This document shows positions 57,738 through 63,387 of a DNA stretch of 63,387 nucleotides, piece after piece. The DNA is from a virus (lineage: Duplodnaviria > Caudoviricetes). The stretch is from positions 1 to 63,387 of IMG/VR virus record IMGVR_UViG_3300037558_002241. One strand, given 5' to 3'. The position numbers were made by a program, and so were the translations under genes. The stretch's first letter is position 1. Every line of letters starts with the position of its first letter. The notes below the pieces were generated by a model, which saw nothing but the letters and a program-made list of their open reading frames with translations, searched no databases and had not been told where the DNA came from.

Positions 57738-60395
57738 ATGGCTGCGGTAAACAAGAAATTTGGCATTGAGAAGGGACTTGAGGTTGGCGACAGCGCATTA
57801 GTTGTTGATGCTGATAATAACCGTACGGGTATTGGTAAAACCAATCCCGCTTACGGTTTAGATGTTCAACCTACAGCAAACTTTGATGGCATTGTTGCCG
57901 CTGGTCAAGTTGGTATCGGGTCAACTCAACCTGGTAAAGATGTTGATTTCAATAAAGATCTAATCGTAAGAAAGAAATTTTATGATGTAAATGAAAGTGC
58001 TGGTACCTCTGGTCAAGCACTGATTAGTGTTGGAACTGCTGTTTCTTGGACTGATCTTGCTGAGATTGAGACTGATGCCGCTGGAAAGACCTACGAAGTA
58101 CAATATAAGAAAGCAAATGGTAAGTTTGGTGGTTCCCCAAAACTCACCTATCGAGAAGATAATACTAGGGTTGGTGTTGGTAGCACACAACCTGAATATG
58201 CATTAGATATTGTTACAGAGACTCGTGCCTCTGGTGTATGGAGGGATTCTAATAGTACTGTTGGATCTGCATCTTCTATTCTTGCAGCAACTTCTTCTGG
58301 TAAACTACAATGGGTTGGTGCTGGTGCTTCCACACTAAACGTATTCTATGTTACTGAAGACGGTGATGATGCTAATGATGGTAGAACTCTAAGTAGTTCC
58401 AAGCGTACTATCAAAGCAACCACTGCGATTGCAGGTGCTGGTGATGTGATTAGGGTTGCTGGTGGTATCTATCGTGAGAACAATCCAATCTTTGTTCCTC
58501 GTAATGTTACAATCGATGGAGATGATCTTCGTAACACCCAGATTATTCCTAACAACGTAAGTCAGGATCTTTTCCAAGTTCACAATGGTGCTCTGATTCA
58601 AAACATGTCCTTTGTTGGTGCTGCCAACACTGGTGCAATGATTACGTTTCCACCTGAAGGTGTAGTAAACCGTCATAAATTCAACCGCGACAATGGCACT
58701 CACATCTATGTTGGTGGCACTGTTTCTAATGCATTTACAGTAGAGTCTAGTAGTGCTCAGAAAACTGTAACTGCCGCTACATACAGTCCTATTTCTGGTT
58801 TATTAGTCATTACCAGTGCTGGTCATGGTGTCGCCGATACTGATCGGATCAAGATCGCTAACGGAGCACTGACCTTCACTTGCGACTCTGACAACCATAA
58901 TAAGCAGGTAGCATATCCTAGATCAGGTGACCCTGCATATAATACTTTTGTAGATATTGATTCGGTCACCACTGACACTATCACATTGAGCGTCGGTGTT
59001 GTCAAGAGTGTCAATAGTATCAAGATTGGACCTAACTGGCACACTGGTTCATCCTTGACACCTACTGGGTTCTTGTATGATCCTATTAGTGGTGTTAGCA
59101 CTGTTACAGTAGCAAGTCATGGTCTCAGCGTCAGTGACAGTGTAGGTATTGTCACGTCTAGTCTGACATTCAAGTGTGAGGCGGACAATTTCGCAACTGA
59201 CCACAAGTATCCCCGTGCTACAGATTATGTTGCGGGTATCATGACTGCAATTAGTGCTGTTACCACTGATACCTTTACAATCAATATAGGTGATGCTGGT
59301 AGTCATGCAAGAATTGCTGGTATCATCACTCAGTCGCCATATGTTAGGAACTGTACCAACTTTGTTCCTGACAGCATTGGCATGAGGATCAATGGTAACC
59401 ATGCTGATGGTACCAAGTCCATGGTGGTTGATTCATATACTCAGTATAATCAGGGTGGTATCGGTGTTACGATCTCCAACGATGGTTATGCACAGTTGGT
59501 GTCTATCTTCACTGTGTGTGATGAGTACGCTATCTCTTGCGTCAGTGGTGGTCAGTGTGACCTGAACAACTCTAACGCATCGTTCGGTACCTTTGGTATT
59601 GTAGCATCCGGTGTGGGTACTGTCACAAACTCTGGCACACTGGCAGAAGATGCGATTGAGGAAGATAATACTATTGTAGTATCTGGTCTTACTGAACGTC
59701 CTTATTCTGGTCAGGTGCTTTACCTAGGAGAATTGTTCAATGAAGTTATCAAGATCAACGTAACCAACGCTGGTAGTGGTTATACTTCTTCTAATCCTCC
59801 TAAGGTTACCATTGGAGGTCCTACTGGACCGAACGGTGCAACTGCTGAGGGTGTGTCAGTTGTCAATGGATTTGGTAAAGTTACTGAAGTCAATATCTTC
59901 GCAACAGGTAATCAGTATCGCAGTGCACCAGCAGTGCAGATTGCATCTCCTAACTCAGGAACGACTGCTGCTGCTGATTCTGAGATTGGACCTGCTTACT
60001 TTACCATAAATACTGCTACGCCGGTAACTGCTGGCGTTTCGACGATTACTATTGACCAAAACCTACCGGCAACAGTTGGTCTTGGATCAGCAGTTCCTTT
60101 CCAGAGACAATCACTGATCCTGGCATCATCGTACACTTTTGAATTTGTTGGTGCTGGTCTTACCATTGCCAACGCACTTCCCAGAAATGGTGGTGTTACG
60201 ATCCCAGAAAATGAGACTGTTTCTGAAGGTGGAGGTAGAGTTGTTTACACGTCCACTGACGAAAGAGGTAACCTAAAAGTTGGAGATGGATTTACTATCA
60301 ATCAACAGACAGGTACCATCACAGGAGACGCTTTCAATAAAAGTATCCAAGCAACACTCACGCCGCTGATTATTTCCTTAGGAGGACAGATGTAA
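57738..60395 (+). CDS. Virion structural/tail-fibre protein with pectin-lyase-like beta-helix
   Basis: VGIGSTQP repeats, YV..DGDD.NDG, GDDLR, SPYVRNCT, YTSTDERGN.KVG; TAAATA at 57707. Confidence 0.75.
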   Translation: MAAVNKKFGIEKGLEVGDSALVVDADNNRTGIGKTNPAYGLDVQPTANFDGIVAAGQVGIGSTQPGKDVDFNKDLIVRKKFYDVNESAGTSGQALISVGTAVSWTDLAEIETDAAGKTYEVQYKKANGKFGGSPKLTYREDNTRVGVGSTQPEYALDIVTETRASGVWRDSNSTVGSASSILAATSSGKLQWVGAGASTLNVFYVTEDGDDANDGRTLSSSKRTIKATTAIAGAGDVIRVAGGIYRENNPIFVPRNVTIDGDDLRNTQIIPNNVSQDLFQVHNGALIQNMSFVGAANTGAMITFPPEGVVNRHKFNRDNGTHIYVGGTVSNAFTVESSSAQKTVTAATYSPISGLLVITSAGHGVADTDRIKIANGALTFTCDSDNHNKQVAYPRSGDPAYNTFVDIDSVTTDTITLSVGVVKSVNSIKIGPNWHTGSSLTPTGFLYDPISGVSTVTVASHGLSVSDSVGIVTSSLTFKCEADNFATDHKYPRATDYVAGIMTAISAVTTDTFTINIGDAGSHARIAGIITQSPYVRNCTNFVPDSIGMRINGNHADGTKSMVVDSYTQYNQGGIGVTISNDGYAQLVSIFTVCDEYAISCVSGGQCDLNNSNASFGTFGIVASGVGTVTNSGTLAEDAIEEDNTIVVSGLTERPYSGQVLYLGELFNEVIKINVTNAGSGYTSSNPPKVTIGGPTGPNGATAEGVSVVNGFGKVTEVNIFATGNQYRSAPAVQIASPNSGTTAAADSEIGPAYFTINTATPVTAGVSTITIDQNLPATVGLGSAVPFQRQSLILASSYTFEFVGAGLTIANALPRNGGVTIPENETVSEGGGRVVYTSTDERGNLKVGDGFTINQQTGTITGDAFNKSIQATLTPLIISLGGQM

Positions 60396-60396
60396 A

Positions 60397-60735
60397 ATGG
60401 CTGCAATTCCACTCAATAAATTCAGAACGATCACGCATACTATCACTGATGCAGCCGTTGGCATTTATACTTGCCCTCCTGGTGTTGCTGCTCTGGTGAT
60501 TTATGGCAACGTTTCTAACGTTGGTCAAGGATCTTCTGTAACTTCTTTTACTGTAAAGCACAGTAGAGACACCGTTGATACTGAACTAGTACGTTCTGCA
60601 CGTGTTCCCCATCAAGATGCCATGTCATTTATTGACGGTCGTCTTGTCATGGAGACGGGTGACATCCTCAAAATTGAGGGAGATCAAAATAACACTATGA
60701 AGTGTATTATTTCTATTCTAGAAAACGCCAAGTAA
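60397..60735 (+). CDS. Small virion-associated hypothetical protein
   Basis: IYTCP.G, N, GRLV.ETGD.L, SILE. Confidence 0.7.
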   Translation: MAAIPLNKFRTITHTITDAAVGIYTCPPGVAALVIYGNVSNVGQGSSVTSFTVKHSRDTVDTELVRSARVPHQDAMSFIDGRLVMETGDILKIEGDQNNTMKCIISILENAK

Positions 60736-60736
60736 G

Positions 60737-62809
60737 ATGCCAAGATTATTGTCTGGTCGAGTAGGTGTTACCTCCTACGCAGGACTTTCTACAGAACGTC
60801 AACAAACTCCTGGGTTTCCATCCTTCCTTGGAGTGGATGAAGCGGAACCTAACCTCGGTTTGCCATCGGACAATAACTATGTCCTCTATGGTACTGTTAC
60901 TGGCGAAAGATATTGGGCAGAACCGAGTGGATCTCCTTCTGGTACTGCCTCAGGATTGACAGTATCTGATGAGAGTATTACTCCAACAGGATATGCTGGA
61001 TCTATTACTAGATTCAACTTTATTGGTAATGGTGTCAATGTTGAACAAACCAAACAAACTTTTGGTGGCATTGAGGTTGGTGTTGCCACCGTATTTGTAG
61101 AGAAAACAACTCTTAGTATTGCAGACGCTGACGAATTTGTACGTGCAACTGGTATTACCACTATCAAGGTGGGTGCTGGTTTATCATTCTTCCCTGAACC
61201 TGGTAGAGCCGGTGTTGTAACTATATTCTCAGCGGCAGATGCTACATCTACCATGCAGAATGCTGATGGTACTGAAGCATTTGGAAATGTTTCTACCTTC
61301 CGCATTGGTGCTGGTCTTACTGTAAGTCAGGTAACGGTTGGTATTGCTTCTATTGGTGTAACAGGAGAGTTTGATAATGTAAATGCTGCTGGTATTGTTA
61401 CTGCTGGTGTACAGTTCAAGGGTAACTTAGCAGGTACGGCAGTAACTGCCACTAACTTATATGGTAATCTTACTGGTAATGTAGTTGGTGATGTAACTGG
61501 TAACGTAACTGGTGATGTGAATGCTGGTTTTGTTACTGCCACAAAATCTATTGATGGTAACCTCAATTCTAGTGGTGTCTCTACGATTTCCCAGTTGATG
61601 GGAACAACCCTGATGATCACTGGTATTGTTACCACAAACTCAGGTTTCGTAGCACCTGCTGGATCATTTGGATTTGATGGTAACCTGAATGCACCTGGTG
61701 TTTCTACAGCAACATCTCTGAATAGTACTAACTTGGTTGTTAGTGGTGTCACTACACATAATGGGAATGTTGAAATTAGTGGTAGTAATAAACTAATCTT
61801 TGGTAGTAATGATTTAGATATCTATTTTGATGGATCTGATAGCCTTATTGATGCTGGTACTAATGAGGATCTCTACATAAAAGGCAAGAGTGTTTTTATA
61901 CATGCAAATGGCACTGAAACTGCTGCTAGTTTCTTACAGAATGCAGGTGTAGACCTTTATTATAATGCCGTTTCTAGACTCAGAACAACCAATACTGGTG
62001 CTCAAGTCACTGGTGATATAGAGGCATCCGAGTTCAAAGGTCCTCTAACTGGTAATGTTACTGGAACAATCAATGCTGCTGGTGTCTCTACAGTAACCAA
62101 TCTGCTTGAGATTCGTAGTAGTGATGGCACTCCCGCTCGTATTGATTACTACTGTGAGGTAAACAACGCTCATTATACTAGAGTACAGGCAGCACCACAC
62201 TCTGAGTATAGTGGTAACGTAACTGCTGTCCTCCCCACCAAGAATGGTGACATTATTGTTGGTGATACCCAAGGTGCTATTAGTCAGAATGTCAATACCG
62301 TTGGTATTGTTACTGCATCTTTTTTCCATGGTGATGGTTCTAATCTAACCAATATTGCTGGTAACACAGTTACCATAACAGAAACAAATACCACAAATGC
62401 TCAGCATTTTATGTGTTTTGTTGACTCAAATACTGGGTTAGAAACTATTAGAACCGATACCAGTCTTCAATACAATCCAGGCACAAATCTTCTAACATCA
62501 GTAAACTTTAGCGGTACTTTGACCGGTACCTCCACTGGTTTGGCTGGCACCCCCAGTATTAGCGTTTCTGATATTACCTTGAATGGTAATATGCTGCCAG
62601 ATGCTAATAATACACGTGATCTAGGTGCAATTGGTTCCCGATGGGCAAATGTCTATACCTCTGACATGCACTTTAGCAATGTTGGTTCAGGTGGTAATGA
62701 TGTAGATGGTACAGAGGGTAACTGGACGTTACAAGAAGGTGCTGATAACATCTATATGATCAATAATATCACAGGTAAGAAATATAAGATTGCTCTAACT
62801 GAGGTATGA
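60737..62809 (+). CDS. Tail-fibre protein
   Basis: GN(L/V)TG repeats, GIVTA/GVST repeats, C-terminal DLG..RWANVYTSD..N.VDGT.GNWTLQEG. Confidence 0.75.
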   Translation: MPRLLSGRVGVTSYAGLSTERQQTPGFPSFLGVDEAEPNLGLPSDNNYVLYGTVTGERYWAEPSGSPSGTASGLTVSDESITPTGYAGSITRFNFIGNGVNVEQTKQTFGGIEVGVATVFVEKTTLSIADADEFVRATGITTIKVGAGLSFFPEPGRAGVVTIFSAADATSTMQNADGTEAFGNVSTFRIGAGLTVSQVTVGIASIGVTGEFDNVNAAGIVTAGVQFKGNLAGTAVTATNLYGNLTGNVVGDVTGNVTGDVNAGFVTATKSIDGNLNSSGVSTISQLMGTTLMITGIVTTNSGFVAPAGSFGFDGNLNAPGVSTATSLNSTNLVVSGVTTHNGNVEISGSNKLIFGSNDLDIYFDGSDSLIDAGTNEDLYIKGKSVFIHANGTETAASFLQNAGVDLYYNAVSRLRTTNTGAQVTGDIEASEFKGPLTGNVTGTINAAGVSTVTNLLEIRSSDGTPARIDYYCEVNNAHYTRVQAAPHSEYSGNVTAVLPTKNGDIIVGDTQGAISQNVNTVGIVTASFFHGDGSNLTNIAGNTVTITETNTTNAQHFMCFVDSNTGLETIRTDTSLQYNPGTNLLTSVNFSGTLTGTSTGLAGTPSISVSDITLNGNMLPDANNTRDLGAIGSRWANVYTSDMHFSNVGSGGNDVDGTEGNWTLQEGADNIYMINNITGKKYKIALTEV

Positions 62810-62814
62810 ATTGA

Positions 62815-63387
62815 ATGACTGTAAAGTATTATGATGGTATAATTCCTAACACTCTGGCAGATAATATCTACGAATATTGTCAGAATATATCTTGGTATCA
62901 AGAGTGGATTGGATATAATAAAATGCATTTGTCTGAGTATATACCAGCGCAAGATGGTAAAACATCCAGTCGTCACTTTTTGGACAAAGATTTAGGACCA
63001 ATGGGTATATTGAACCTGCTAAGGTTTTCAATGTACAGACATCCATTTGCATGGGGGGAAGAATCCTTACAGGCAAGGCATTCTATGATCTATGATTTAT
63101 GGACTATAATCAACGATAAAGTATTTGATGGTGGTGCTGAAGTAGAAGGATTGTCTGAAAGTATTGCTGGTTTAGCTGGTTACCATAAGTTCTTCAAGGA
63201 TGGCACACAATTCCGTGATAAGTACAATATTCCTCTCGAACAGAAGCAGATTGGGTGGAAGGCATATTTCAATGCACGATGTGCTGAGTCAATTACAGGA
63301 TCTCCTATTGGTAACCGCGTTGGGCAAATACATAAAGATTCCAGTGCAGATGTTGATCCCAAGTCTGATAGATACTACACAGTATTA
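62815..63387 (+). CDS. Partial 2OG-Fe(II) oxygenase-like protein; runs off the window edge
   Basis: Frame open from ATG 62815 to the end; AYFNA..IHKD..YTVL resembles the HxD region of 2OG oxygenases. Confidence 0.6.
   Translation, partial: MTVKYYDGIIPNTLADNIYEYCQNISWYQEWIGYNKMHLSEYIPAQDGKTSSRHFLDKDLGPMGILNLLRFSMYRHPFAWGEESLQARHSMIYDLWTIINDKVFDGGAEVEGLSESIAGLAGYHKFFKDGTQFRDKYNIPLEQKQIGWKAYFNARCAESITGSPIGNRVGQIHKDSSADVDPKSDRYYTVL

Noticed and set aside
61460-61520. GGTAA(C/T)..ACT 12-bp periodicity as a DNA repeat element
   Set aside because: It is explained by the GN(V/L)T peptide repeat of the tail-fibre shaft.
375-63362. Many short antisense or off-frame ORFs in the track (e.g. 4997-5623, 18966-19586, 48448-48999, 56923-57360)
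   Set aside because: They lie within well-supported genes on the other strand or frame and show no recognisable motifs. Loss of TTAA also removes some stop-codon contexts, which lengthens shadow ORFs.
1-63387. tRNA genes, alternative genetic code, integrase or IS elements
   Set aside because: I saw no cloverleaf or T-loop motifs in the few intergenic gaps, genes are full length under the standard code, and no transposase or integrase motifs appeared.

Overview
Fragment of a T4-like cyanomyovirus genome (probably Synechococcus-infecting, roughly 40% GC by eye). In order it holds: talC; a ~17 kb nucleotide-sugar/glycosyltransferase island; psbA with a PhotoRC-II-like leader and psbD; petE, petF and glutaredoxin; a tandem glutamine-riboswitch locus; thyX, a split carbamoyltransferase and radical SAM genes interleaved with core T4 genes (phoH, exonuclease, gp33, gp59, gp32); a baseplate/tail module (gp53, gp48, gp2, gp4, gp54/19-like, gp26, gp51, tape-measure-like genes, CP12, gp5); and large tail-fibre genes. 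Most striking observations: (1) the 4-mer TTAA appears absent from this AT-rich window and RGCY is strongly depleted; (2) a tandem glutamine riboswitch whose second aptamer carries a 53-codon ORF in its loop and cross-pairs with the first aptamer; (3) a canonical -1 slippery site joining gp26 to gp51 just upstream of the tape-measure-like genes; (4) a thyX-linked carbamoyltransferase/radical SAM modification cluster. All calls come from reading the sequence; no searches or counts were run.
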